From positions 1 to 64,000 of the forward strand of contig CAJNYD010000023.1 of assembly GCA_905331295.1 (NCBI GenBank): 64,000 bases of DNA, written 5' to 3'. Under the pieces are notes generated by a model, which did no database searches, was not told the DNA's origin, and saw only the letters and a list, made by a program, of their open reading frames with translations. Numbering within the stretch: position 1 is the first letter of the stretch; the number at the start of each line of letters is the position of its first letter. Origin of the DNA: Rotaria socialis. Lineage: Eukaryota. Of the stretch, positions 40,394 through 53,798 are shown one piece after another. The translations under genes and the position numbers were made by a program.

Positions 40394-41204
40394 GTGTACT
40401 AGTTTCAATTAAAGTCAAATATTTTTCTTCCGGTTTTAAATGAAATAAAGTAATATAGTATTACAATGTTGTTATAAAATAAATAATTTGAATTTTATTT
40501 TTATTTTTTAAATATAGAGTAGCGTCGGCATGACATACACATATGAACTACGTGCGATTTGAAGATTGCAGGGTTTAAAATAATCAGCTATGCATTTTCT
40601 TTATCGAGATTAGTTTTTGAAATTCATATGAATCTTCGCATAGTGGTTGAATTGTGCTATATGTTTTTTTCATTTAATATGTAAATCATCAAATTCCAGG
40701 CTGATACTAGAATGTTCCTTTTTCTCTGGTGATGCTGTTTGAGCGCCATCTGACGCCTTTTCTGGATAGATTTCAATTGTAGGAAGGCACAAATAAAAGA
40801 AATATGATGATGATGATGATGATTTTTTTTATGATTCTGTCAGAATAGGTTTCTCAGTATTTTTCTCTACTTTTCTGTAACAGCAAAACGCGCCTGTCAC
40901 TGAAAGAGGAAGACAAAAAACTCTTTTATCATGCTTTCTTTTTCTTGCTAATATGTTAGACATAACAAAAACAAAAAAAAACGAGAAAGGAATGGCACCC
41001 TACAATCCTAGTAATCAGAGATAACAGTATGCTTGTTTGTTAATACGGTTAAAGGAAAGCATTGCATGTGCCTTTAGTATATGATTCGTCGTCGCTTGAG
41101 TCATAATCATTCAGCTTGAGTACCGAGAAACCCTTTCTTTACGTTTTACTGTATATATATATAAATAAATGGACGATCACTTTTAGAAAAATAACAAAGA
41201 AATC

Positions 41205-42935
41205 ATGTCGCAACATATAAAGACAGGCCATCTTCGTTATTATTACAGTGAGTATATTGAGTAAAACTTTAATCGACGTCATTTGTTCGTTTTCATGTAA
41301 TTATAGAGGGCTTATTATCGAGAAAATGGAAAGATTTTTATTTCGTTCTTTTTGATGATTCAACATTACAATGGTATGAAAAACAAAATGATCGAAAACC
41401 AGAAGGATCAGTACGCATTCGTGATATAGCAAAAAATCTTTGTGTTGGACCATATACGAGATGTTTACCAAATCGTCCACCGTTTCCTCGACCAACGGAT
41501 GAAGCTAATCTTATTGCTTTACCAAAAGCTTCTCCTGGACATCGTGACCCAGAAGTCATATGGATTCTTTGCAATGATGTTACTCATCTCAAGTAGGAAA
41601 ATCAAAAATAAATGCGATTCATTGTATTTTTTCAATCTATATATTTTTTTAGTGATTGGATGAAAGCCATCGTTTCGACGGTAAATTGATTCTATATTCA
41701 ACTTTAATAATGATATTTTAATCTTTTATCTTATTTAGTTACCACCACCACCTCAACAAATTCCACCGCCACCTTCTCAAACACAAGCTGGCGCTTATCA
41801 GCCGTCTGCTCCTCCAGGTGGCGCTCCGCCACGTATGTATTAATTTTTATTTTATCGAAATATTTTTCTTGATGAATTTTTTGAAAATAATCATACTCTT
41901 TTTTAGCCTATTCATCGTCATCAGGTGGTTATCCTCCACCACCACAACAACGTCCAGTATATCCACAATTGCCAGGTAATCAACCACAACAAGCATACCG
42001 GCCAACTTACGGTGGTTCAACTGTACCACAGGGTCAACAACCAAGTTATAATCATACAACAGTAGTTGTTCAACCTTCACCTGCGTACGGTGGAGGAAGT
42101 GGTGGTGGCGGGGGTTATGGTGGATATCGAGGAGGAGGCGGCGGTGTGGGTGGGAGTTCACTAGCTGGCGTAGGATTAGGCTTGGCTGGTGGAGCGTTAC
42201 TAGGCGGTAAGATCTAAAAAAAACACATGATATTTTTAGATAGCAAAGTTGTACTTTTTGCATTTGTAGGTGCTCTTGGTTACGCATGGGGAGGAGGATT
42301 TGGTGGTCATGGAGGTTGGGGTTATGGAATGGGACCTGCTGGAAATTATGGTGGCTATGGGTAAGTTCAAAGATATTTTCTTATGCTATTCGAATACGAA
42401 TTATTATTTTACTTTATTTCAGTGGATGGGGTGGAGGTAATGATTCGACTGTTATCAATAATTAGTATGCCTATCATTGATATTTTGTTTCATTTCAACA
42501 AATTTTTGACATATTCTATAGTTATGACAATGATACAACAAATAACTATGATCAAAGCACAACACATAATGATTATTCAGCAACAAACGATACAAATAAT
42601 TTTGATAATGGTTATCAACAACCTGATAGTTTTCAATACGATACAAATAATGGTGGTGGAGATGTTGACTATGGAAATGCAACAGATAATTATGGTGGCG
42701 GTGGTGGTAAGTTAAAACTTCTACAAATGCTAATTATTCAAACATTAAATCTATTGTTGTAGATTATGGCGGTGGAGACAATTTCGGTGGTGGCGACGAT
42801 TATGGTGGTGGTGATTTTGGCGGTGGTGACTTTGGTGGTGGCGATTTTGGTGGTGAGTCCATTGATTTGAATGATCAATATGCAGATACATAGTTTTTTA
42901 ATTTAGGAGGCGACTTTGGAGGAGGCGACTGGTAA
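41205..42935 (+). CDS. PH-domain protein with Pro/Gly/Tyr-rich tail, PLEKHB (evectin)-like
   Basis: Spliced MSQHIKTGHLRYYY-KGLLSRKWKDFYFVLFDDSTLQWYEKQNDRKPEGSVRI...IWILCNDVTHL-NDWMKAI (PH fold pattern), a Pro-rich linker, hydrophobic LAGVGLGLAGGALLG, and a GGGDF-repeat tail. Stop TAA at 42933-42935. Confidence 0.75.
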
Positions 42936-45669
42936 AATGTAAAATATACACTCGTAGCGATCGAATAAATGAATGCTGCTTCTTTTTTATGTATGTATGT
43001 ACTTCATGGTGAGAAAAAAATGACTTCTTGGTTTTTCCTTATAATCATTAAACAGACTTTTTTTTCTTGTTCATTTTATCATTTTTATGTTTTATATGTG
43101 TATAAATATATATAAAGCAATATTCAATTTAATATATCGTAGATATTGTATACATTTTAATATAAAAAAAAATGAGACGTTGATGACCGTTGAAAGTAAT
43201 TCAGCGTTCATTGATAATTGACATTCTATTTTTATCCGTGCACCATGTGTAAATGCTAGAAACGTTATTTCTATGGTCAATATCTTATTCTGGAAAAGAG
43301 TATGTTTTGGTCGTTTTAGATAAGAAATTATTGTTTCGAAAAAAGTAAGAGAGAAATATTTTATTTTAATGCTCTAATTTTATAATGTATCTATGCTAAG
43401 CATGAAATAGTACAGTCCTATCTGGTGGAAAGTCCATTGAAATTGGTGATAAGAAAAATTTCATGAAAATTGATTTTAAAATCAAATAAAATAGATATTC
43501 TTCCGTTAGGTATGGTTTGGTATCAAACATTTTATTGTATTACTCTTAAAATACTCATAAAAACTTCATTGAGTAGCTGAAACAATAGAAATTGTAACAA
43601 AAATTAATCGTTTTGTTATCTAGTTCATGAATATAAGATATATTTAAAATAAATTTTTAGATATCTCACTGTATAGAAATTGATGCCATTATTGACGCAG
43701 ATGTGTTTGTTGACTGCATCACTATACTGTGATAATCAAATGAATTTCCCAATCAAAGGGTCAGTTCTATTCTTTCTGCTGATTGTATAAAAGTGAATCA
43801 TGACTATTAATCATCAAGATCGTATCTAAAGTCTTGTAGCTCTATTCAATAGTAGCCATCTATTATTCACGAGATAATAATAATAATAGAAAGAATGTGT
43901 AATTTTCCAAAAATCATCATTTATCATGTCTTCATAGAATCTTACAGTATTGCGAACTTTAGATTTTTGGTTTTCTAACCGACATTATCGGTTTCATTCT
44001 GTGTATTAAAGTGCAAATTTAACTCTATGTTGATGATCGTCGATAATTTCTTTTTATTCTAATGAAAAATTACTTATTTAGTGAGCAATATAAGTTCTTG
44101 TGTATTAAGATAAAAAAGAAAGAAAGAAAGAAACATCCATCATTAATAAATGAGCTTCAACAATATAGCAAAACAGAAATTTGGCAGTATTACAAAAAAT
44201 AACTGCTGATATGCATTAGCTGTTTGTTTTTTCCTAACCATCCTTGAAAACCATGCGTGTTACATGAGTCACTATCATCTTTTATTATGTCGTCAATATC
44301 AATACAATTAATCTTGATTTTGTCAAAAATCGGATTCAAGAATTGAAAGATGTTAGATTTGTAATTTTCTCGAATATTCCGGTACTACGAATTTGACTAA
44401 CGTTTCATCAAAATGTGTCTTAATCATTATCGGAGATATTGTAGGCCATTGCTTTTAATCAAGATTCTGTAAGTGAATATCCTCAATCAAAAATGTTAAC
44501 AAAGCTATATTTCTAATGAACGCAGAAAGCAGACCATTAACATTTGAATTGACACAATAAATTTATGTAAATGCTGAAATCCATAAAAAGAAACAACTGT
44601 CATTGTATGCAAGCGCATTTGTGATCGGATCTATTGTTTCACTTTCGGCTTTAAACAAGCATTGTCATGTGATTGTTACGCTTGTGTTTATCTTTCATCG
44701 TAGTAACAACTTTTACTGATATATGTGTATATTTTGTTTTTCAACTAATACGAAAATATATCACTAACCTTGTTTAACGAAAGGAGACGGGTACATGTGT
44801 TCACTTGCTAATTCTATCGAATTTTTTTTTCTATGGCAACATACAAAATATGACATATATACGCCATATACGAATGCAATGACTATGCTGTTGAAAACCT
44901 TCGAAAATTCTTTCCTATCATGGAAACTAGAATAATAGATGACTATCAACGTAAAAGCTTTTCATCTCAAAAGTAACTCTATAGGATAACGCTGACTTTT
45001 TGCAGGGAAAATTTTCGAAATAATTTATTTATTATAATTTAAATTAGTATGTATTACCCATGTGGTCTCAAAATAAATAAAAATACACGTTGAAATTTTC
45101 TTTCTTTATTCCTATCTATCGTGCATACATGAGAGAAATGTAGATCCAACCTTATTAGAAATTTTGCGATTATTTTCAGTCAATATTATATTCTTTCTTA
45201 AGTAAAGATACTAATATGAGAAAAATATTGTTTATAAACTTGTTAAACATTCAAAAGGCTGTCTTATACCCTCTTCATTTCACTAATTCTCTCTTTGCCA
45301 TCACTCTGATTACTGATACTTTCATGAGAATGTATTGTTTTTCCTCATACAATCAGCAGTTTTGCAACATTATTCATTCACAAGAAATGTGACGTGTTTT
45401 GTTGGCAGAAAAAAAAGAAACACTCATGCATTTCTCGGTATTATTCTTGTAAAATCTCAATAGCTGTGACTCAAAAAAAAAATCAATACTGAATCATCGT
45501 GACAATCTGACAACTAGTGCATGTATATAAATGTTTCTGAACTAAATTGCTTGATATTTTGAAAAAGTGAAACGACATTATCACAATCAAAACGAAACTA
45601 TTCCAACAAGTGGAGGAAACTACTATGACAGTGCTTCATAAAACGATGTGTACACAAGCTGAATATACA

Positions 45670-46273
45670 AAAAAAACTTGAACAACTTATTGAACAAGAT
45701 TGACCTGAAGTGAACCACATGAAAATTGAAGTTGAAGAGAAACCACAAGAAATTGTGCTTGATTACAATGATATTCTTGTAACAGAAACATTAGTGATGC
45801 GTCGATGACTAGTTCAATTTCCTCATATTACAATGAAAAACTTCAGCCCATGCACATCTAATGGCGATATTAATGCTGCAATTTTCAGTCTACCGTCTGA
45901 TATCAATACTGGACCCTTACGTCCATGGATTGCCCATTGACGACCTTTCGATCTTATTGTGCCAAGCAATGCTTATGTTTGGCAACCGATTACTGATGTG
46001 TTTGGAGAAGAACGTAAAACAAAACGAGAAACGATGAGACGAGCTAGGTTAGACAAGCCCGAATCTGGATTACATCGTCGACAACAACTGGAGAAATATG
46101 TTTTGGCGGCGCTTCATTTTACTGCTAAATGTAAATTCGAAAGTTGTAAAAAACAATGGACGTGTCAGATACAACGTAAAGAAACAGAAGTCGATGTGTT
46201 GCCCTATCGAAACTTTGCCGAACGTATGGCAAAATCAACTGTAGACTTTAAAAAAATTTGCCAAGAGCAATGA
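45670..46273 (+). pseudogene. Degenerate intronless reading frame of unknown (possibly transposon) origin
   Basis: About 200 codons in one frame, interrupted only by TGA at 45701, 45806 and 45938. Contains a CKFESC..W.C motif. Confidence 0.4.
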
Positions 46274-48102
46274 TGGTTATGTGTATCTAAAAACATTGTA
46301 TCTATTTTAAATGAATTGTTAATGTAATATAAAATAAAAAGCTGTCTGCAGAGCTCAATCAATGTCTAGTTTACAACTGAATCGAGTTAATTGTTTTAGA
46401 TGTGGCCATTATCTTTTTAATCATGTCAACAAAATCTGATACTTACAAAATTAAAAGCTTACTCTTTAGAAAAAATAAATCAATATATCCATATATAATA
46501 GATCTATCGATAAGGGCAGATTAGACTCCTATTTTATCCGGTATTATTCAGATGACTACCACTCTCATCTTCATCCGAATACTATTGTAAATAATTCTAT
46601 TAAGTTATCATCAGGTCTGATATATCTACATTTTCACGCTGAAAATTCGATGAGAAAGTCTTCACACAGACTATAAACGCATCTGAAGCATGATCTCGTA
46701 GATGCGGGGGAGGGGAGACGTTAACGTATATGAAAATTTCACAGTTTACCATAATTAATAACCAAATGCTGACGTTTTGGTATTAATCTTGTATGTTTTC
46801 CGTGATCAATTAACTAATAGACATATACGTTAAGACGAGCGGTCAGTTTAGAATAAGTTATCCTCGTTTATTTTTCCAAATCTCTTAGGTAATATCCTCT
46901 TTATTGAAATTCTTTTCAATCATTCAGTAGAGGTAAATCGTAAAGACGAGTCATTAGTTGTAAAAATAAGATGGCAACATTGCTTGCTCAACAAGAACTT
47001 TTTCCTTGATACACGTGAAGTAGTTTATATTATGAGTATTTATATTGAGAGTTTACATGATCGACCACCGCTGACTTTATCCAGCCTGTTGTCACCTGAC
47101 GCTAGCCTACACACAGATCTAGTGATCTCGTCTAGCCCAGAAACAAGGGTTATCAATAAGAGCCGTTAAATACATATTAGATGTTTTCCATAAAAGAAAA
47201 TAAATCAACAGTAGTTGCGGCATTTTCAAAACCGAATCGACCCAGTGTAGACTGTAAACTAACAAAAGGCTTGATCAAACGTTTTCAGTTCATAAAAAGA
47301 ACAAAGGTTATCCATAAAAGGGATGGTGTAATTAATTGAATGTCTACAATGGTTGAAATTGTCGATGGTTTTAAAAGATGTAACAGTCATCGTAGATGGA
47401 TTTTCTAAAAACTCTAAACTACGACTAACAGTTGCACATATTAGAAGAAGATAAACTGAGACGTTCGATTTTTCACCTACCTAGAGAATAATGTTTTGTT
47501 GATGTCCTATTATTTATTCATGGGAACCTGTTAGTCATCAACCATGTCTGATTTGTATTCAGAATATTATCATATGTGAAATAAATTGAGTAAAATTATC
47601 AGCTAGGACATACTGAGAAATTCAATATTTATAAACGGAATAAAGTTTTATTGTCAAAAAAGTTTAAAAATTCTAACCCGCCTGTATAAGTCACGAAATA
47701 ATACCATTTTTTTAGGCTGGCTCATAATTATGAACAATATTCTTCAACCGAAAAAGAATTCAAATAGAATAAATTTTGGTTTTGTTCATTTTAGTGAATA
47801 AGATTATGTATCCATGTATTTGACGTGGCCAGAGGGCGCTAGTTTCCAACAGAATTCTTATATATATTATTCTGCAATATATTCCATTGGTCTGTAAATA
47901 AACTATGGCTCACCACCCTATTCCAATTGGTATATCCTCCATTCTCAATCTCGTCCTATCATCCGATTTCCATTCAGCGAGCGAGAACTCTTTAAACAAC
48001 AGTATCCAATCAAGTCTTTGATATTTATCAATCAAAAATTATCGTTCTTTGTTTTTTAATCGAGAACAGTGATAGATTCGTTCAATTAACTTTTCTTCTC
48101 AT

Positions 48103-51100
48103 ATGGCTGCAACAACAACGACAACTGATGATTCTAATTCATCATCGTCAAGTTTTGAAAAGCGTCTTACAACTGTGAATAGTACTCAAGAAAGTGTTCA
48201 AACATTATCATTATGGATTCTATATCATCGTTCACAACATGAGCATCTAATAAAAACATGGTTTAAAGTATTAAAAAAATCAAAACCATTGCATCGTTTA
48301 ACTTTATTTTATGTTGCAAACGACGTAATTCAAAATGGTAAAAAACATAATGCATTAGTTTATCAACAAGCATTTAAACCCTATTTAAATTCTTCAATGT
48401 TGTATGTCAAAGAAAATGGTATTAGAAAGAAGGTTCAGCGTATACTTGAAATCTGGCGCGAACGTGGCGTTTACGATGAAGATTTTATTGATGAATTATT
48501 AAAAAAACTTCTTGGTACTGAAGTGTATGAAAAAGATAAAGAAGTAACTCGTGTTATTGCTGAATTTCAAGTAAGCCAAAATACAGAACTTTCTCATTTG
48601 CGAACACATAGAATATTATTTATGTTTAGCCAAAATCCTTATGTGAAACATTGATTCGTTTTAAACAGCTTGAAAGTGAAACACTTGTTAAAGAACAAAT
48701 GATAAACAATGAATTAAAACTTATTGATGGAATGTCAGTTGAAAATGTTCGTAAACTAAAAGGTAAAACAGAAGATAAGCTCATTTTGCAAGACACAATA
48801 GCAAATTTTTTTTTAGATAAAACGTCCACCGATGCATATTATGTTGAATATGAAAATAGTCGAGAGAAATTTCAAGAATATATTCGATATTTTGAACGTC
48901 TTTTACAAGAACGAAAAACTATTAAGCAACATTGCAAACAAGCAGAAATCTTTTATGATGCACAATATCAAGATGCCAATATTGTTGTCGAAGTTTGTAT
49001 CATTATTTTATACAAAAACCTTCTCATATTATTATTTAACAGGCATACAAGAATTTTGGTGATAAAGTAGCAACATTAAAGAAAAAACTTGATAGTGTAA
49101 TAAGAGATTTACCGGAAACTATATCACCACCATCGGCAGATAATGTCCCATCACCTGGTAAGAATAAAATCTTGTTTTTTTAATGTTTACCAATGAGAAT
49201 TCTGTTTACTATGGCCTTGTCTACACTAGAAAAGTTAATGCTGAATTAAGAAACATGGTTGGTTGAAAAGTTAATTTAGATTTAATGCACCAATCGATAA
49301 AGAACTTGATGGACTAATTAGAGTCTCAGACAGGCCTCAATAAGGTCGCTGTATATTATCGATAAATAGATATTTTATACAGAACAGGAGGTGAAGTATA
49401 AAAATTAAGAACCCTAGAATGTTGAACGAAACTATAGTTGAAAGAAATAAGTTAGAAAAGTAGATATTTTGATGACAAATTTCGTCATTTGTCGTTAATC
49501 ATCAAAAAGAGGCACAAGCGACTTTTTCTTTACTGAACATGTGCTAAGTTTATACGTTCAGACTACATTATAGCGGTTACGTCTCAATTCTGATTGATGC
49601 ATTAAACTTATAAGTGTAGACGTACGTAGATTTAATTCGAATTAATGCCGCATCATCTTTCTAGTGTAGACAAGGCCTATATTGAATTTCGATTAGTTTC
49701 CTTTGAGCAGCTTGAAATTGTTCTATGTTCAATTGTCTTTTGTCTCATAAGCATCTTGTAGACTTTACTAGAATTTTATTCTGAATAAATTAATTTCGTC
49801 TCGCCGATAGGAAAAATCAAATTTGTAAACGAATTTTTATCGTGTTACTGAGCGTAACTTTATATTCATCAAGATGATGAGGAGTTACTTAGAATTTCGA
49901 AAATTCACAGAAGAGAGAATAACTATTTTCTTTTTACCAATGAATCATTCTTTTCTTATGAGACAGATGAGTTTCCATTTCAAGTACATATTATACACTG
50001 TAACGATCGTAATTCATAAGGCAATGAATTGATTTGATGTTTTTTTTTAATACTCAGTTTATAGTGAGAGGCCAGACTGCTTGACTTATAAATTGCGATA
50101 TAATAATATCTAAGCTACGGTTGTGTGATAGAGTTGACAGGTTGCAGTTGAGACACATTCATCAGGTGTTTTTCTTTGACTAGCTAATTAAATTTCTTTT
50201 TCTCCTACGAGAATAAAAGACTTTCATTGTTGCCGAATATCATCCCATAGATATTTAACTGAAAGGCATTAAATTTATAATTCTAATTTTAAATTATCAA
50301 GAAGTACGCAAAATAATTCCTTTTGATTGTATCAAACATTAAAATAAATAAATCTGTAATAATTCTGATATTCATTACATAGGAAATACACCTCCTGATT
50401 ATCGTCAAACTGATATGGATTTATCTGATAATGAAGAGAATAATTGTAAGTATTATACTGTTTTATATTAAGATAAATATTGACGTTTAAATCTATAGCC
50501 AAATCACCTTCAGATAGAACAGCAAGTAAATAAATTCACATTTGTTTTCAAACACTATGATTTATAACATTTATTTTCTTTTAAAAAGTTGTCCGAACAA
50601 CACGTGCTGATCCTCGTCATAACCGTAAACATGTTCATCATCGTTATCAATCATCTCAACAATATTTTGATGATGCTGACGAGCGATCCAATAAAGATAA
50701 TTCAAATTTATCACCATTAGTTAATGGTGACAGTAGAACAACATTACAAGTACGCTTTATTCACTAAACAAAGACATGTTGGACTAAAAAATTATTAAAT
50801 CTAATTTTATCTTTAGCAAACACCGATGATAGATGTGAATTTAATAACTGATTTGCTTATTCAACATTCACAATCAACTGGCTTTGAAAAAAGTATTGAA
50901 ATGCTTACACAAACATTACGACAACTTACAGATCCAAATGCAATATCATCATCAACAACTGCAACAACAACAACAACAACTACAATGACGACAAATTCGA
51001 CTCAACAATCAAATCAACTATCACAATCAAATCCCTTTGAAAATCTACTGATGAAACGCCTTCAACCAACGATTCCCTCGGCAGTTCTAACTCCACCGGT

Positions 51101-51245
51101 AACATCTCAAGTTTGGTTTAATTCAACAACTCCACAAACATTTCCATCGTCGGTTCCTCCATTTTTTCCTCTTCCTGGTCAGCAAACAACAAACGTGCCT
51201 ATGGATTTTCATTCTCTACAACAATATCAAAATCAACGAAACTAA
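48103..51245 (+). CDS. RPRD2: Regulation of nuclear pre-mRNA domain-containing protein 2-like (CID domain), multi-exon
   Basis: CID: FEKRLTTVNSTQESVQTLSLW..HRLTLFYVANDVIQNGKKHNA. RPRD2-like VIAEFQ, AEIFYDAQYQDANIVVEAYKNFGDKVATLKKKLD, PSP and DMDLSD motifs. Canonical introns. Confidence 0.88.
49213..49677. mobile_element. PIF/Harbinger MITE in an RPRD2 intron
   Basis: Perfect 20-bp TIR GGCCTTGTCTACACTAGAAA. 3-bp TSD TAT at 49210-49212 and 49678-49680. Confidence 0.9.
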
Positions 51246-52100
51246 ATAGCAAATTAATGAACATTCAGTGTTTTGTTTTTTTCCTATTTTTGTTGTCACT
51301 ATGCATATATGTGTATGTAAATATTAAATAAAAGCGAAACAAAAAAAAGCCACTTAATAATTCTATATGATTATCATGATTAATATAAAGATCAACAATA
51401 ATATGAAAAATCATTGACATCATACTCTTGATTGTGTACTTGCCGCTGAGAATCTATCTAGCATGCACGTACTTATGAATCAGAACGAGGAAAAAGAAAT
51501 CTTATATGATGCTTCTATATTAACTGTACGCTTTCATTTCAATCATTTACTTAAAAGTAATATAACAGAGTTGTAGTTTTGGTCTTATCTAAAGGGCATA
51601 ATATTTATAACTGTCATGTCACATTTACAGTAATTAAAAAATGAGAGAGTAGGCGAATATGATTTAGATCATAGGCGAGGCATAGAAAAAAATGACGAGT
51701 AATTTCCTTCCTTTTTCTTTGTCTTTTTGAACACATTAGTATTCTTCTAGGAAAAGTATTCTTCAACAAGCAAGACCGAAAAGTCGTTTCTTCAGAACAG
51801 CACAAATCATCAAAGAGAAGAAGATAACCCAATTTTCATACGTGAATAGAATAATGAAAAACACTAATGAACATTAGTACTATTGAAAGATGAGAGAAAA
51901 AAATGAGTAAACATCTTTCTATTCTTGTAAAGTAATTCCCCGACGAAAAACTGGAAGACCACAGAAGAAACTTGAAAAAGTCGATTATTATACAACTTCG
52001 AGTGATTTGTACGAAGAGATTGACTGAGTAAGCTATTTTCATATTTTCGAAGTATAGTATGTCAATAAAATAATAATGAGTTTCATCGTCGAATCATGAC

Positions 52101-53306
52101 CAAGGGGGAAAGTGCAGGTTTGGAACCCCCAGCACCTCAGCACCTTTTCAGCACCTTCAGTACCTTCAGCACCTTTTCGGCACCTTCAGCACCCGCAGCA
52201 CCTTTTCTATAGCGAGATTTACTTCAGTCGTATGGAAATGAATCGGAAAAACTACTTTCATTTTCAATAGTAGAGGGGAATTTTTTCTTGAATTATTCAC
52301 AGAATCTGAATGAGATTTATTTCAGAATAAAAAAGTCAACAGAAAAAGAAAACCATCCTTCGAAAGTAACCGTATATCAAATTGCAATATGATATACCAA
52401 AAAATTTGATCCTTCTTTTATTAGTGTAAGAACTAACACTGAGCTCTGATTATTTTTCAGAAGTTTATTTTTCATTTTATCACCATTTCATTTGTACAGC
52501 TTCTGCTTTGTCTCAGGTATCAAAAAAACATTGTACGAAATACCATACTCCTTGGTAAAAAAAACCTGCACATAATTTTATTAGCTTGAAAATCATCATT
52601 GAATTCTGATTATTTTCCAATTTTATTTCGTATTTCATGAAAAATCAATTTTTAACACCTGGAGCCCCCCTCAAGGGTCGAAAAAACTTTTTTCTTCTGG
52701 TTTTAATATAGATAGTTATATTTTCATAAAGCTAAGCTTTCTGATTACAACTATTGTCTCAGTTTTGAATTTTATTGAATAATAAGAAAGATATGAAGCA
52801 CTCTCTCAGAGCTTTAAAAACAGTTTCTGACCTGAGGACCCATGAATATTCGATTTATACTGTTTGAAAATAGGTCTGTTCGATGCACAATGTTTTTCTC
52901 TGTCAGAATATATAAGAATGACCTAGATATTCAATCTTTTTTCTCTCGATAAATTTTAAATACTAGCCTCGATCGGGTCATACAGTTACAAATACTGCTT
53001 TTCTCAGCCTTATGAAGTATGGTTTTTCGAGGTGTACCAGTACGATTTTCTTATCGGATACGTAGTTAAATGTGCTCTTTCAAATGAAAGAGTTTTCAAC
53101 TTAAAACTCGATGTAATGTAAAGCGTTTTCGCTCCAATACTAGTGTTGGAATCGAATTTCTGCCATTGCTTGCCTGATACTTGATAGTTTCAAACAGAAT
53201 AATTCCTATGCGACTGAATATAAATATTATTTTTGTTTTAAGCACAAAATCTAATCCTGTTTCATTTTTTTTACAACATTTTTTTTCGGTCAGATTTTCA
53301 CCCCTG
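52101..53306. mobile_element. Possible non-autonomous hAT-like element with a CAGCACCTT subterminal array
   Basis: CAAGGGGGAAAGT vs ATTTTCACCCCTG (10/13 inverted match). About 8 CAGCACC(TT) units at 52129-52206. No convincing TSD. Confidence 0.35.
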
Positions 53307-53498
53307 GTCCCCGTCATGGATAACGAAAAACAAACTTACCACAAAAACCATGTGGACAATGTGAATAGTTTCCAAACTTTGGGAATGATGTTTGAGATAA
53401 AGTAGATCAATTAATAATCAATCAAACAGTTGTTTTGAATAAAATATTTTGTTTTCAGATGAGCCTGAAGGGGACTAGACGTAAAAATCTGAGGGGTG

Positions 53499-53690
53499 GC
53501 AGAATTCTCCCAAGAACAACCAGCAGAATTCTGTAAGAATAATACCTATATGACTTAAAGGCACATTGCACATTACCAAGAGAGAATTCTGTTTCCCCAG
53601 CAGAATTCTGTGTTACTGTATACACACACTACCTTGGGTAGAAAGCAGAATTCTAAGCAGAATTCAACATTTCCCAGCAGAATTATGTAT
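53499..53690. repeat. GCAGAATTC(T) motif array abutting the assembly gap
   Basis: About 7 copies of (GC)AGAATTC with variable spacing, immediately before the N run. Confidence 0.7.
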
Positions 53691-53698
53691 CAAATAAA

Positions 53699-53798
53699 NN
53701 NNNNNNNNNNNNNNNNNNNNNNNNNNNNNNNNNNNNNNNNNNNNNNNNNNNNNNNNNNNNNNNNNNNNNNNNNNNNNNNNNNNNNNNNNNNNNNNNNN
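53699..53798. other. Assembly gap (100 N)
   Basis: Run of N. Confidence 1.

Noticed and set aside
41847..42287. 146-aa minus-strand ORF
   Set aside because: Antisense to Gly/Pro-rich exons of the PH-domain gene and crosses its introns.
45701..45940. Selenoprotein interpretation of the in-frame TGAs
   Set aside because: No Sec-type redox motif and no SECIS recognised; mutational decay is simpler.
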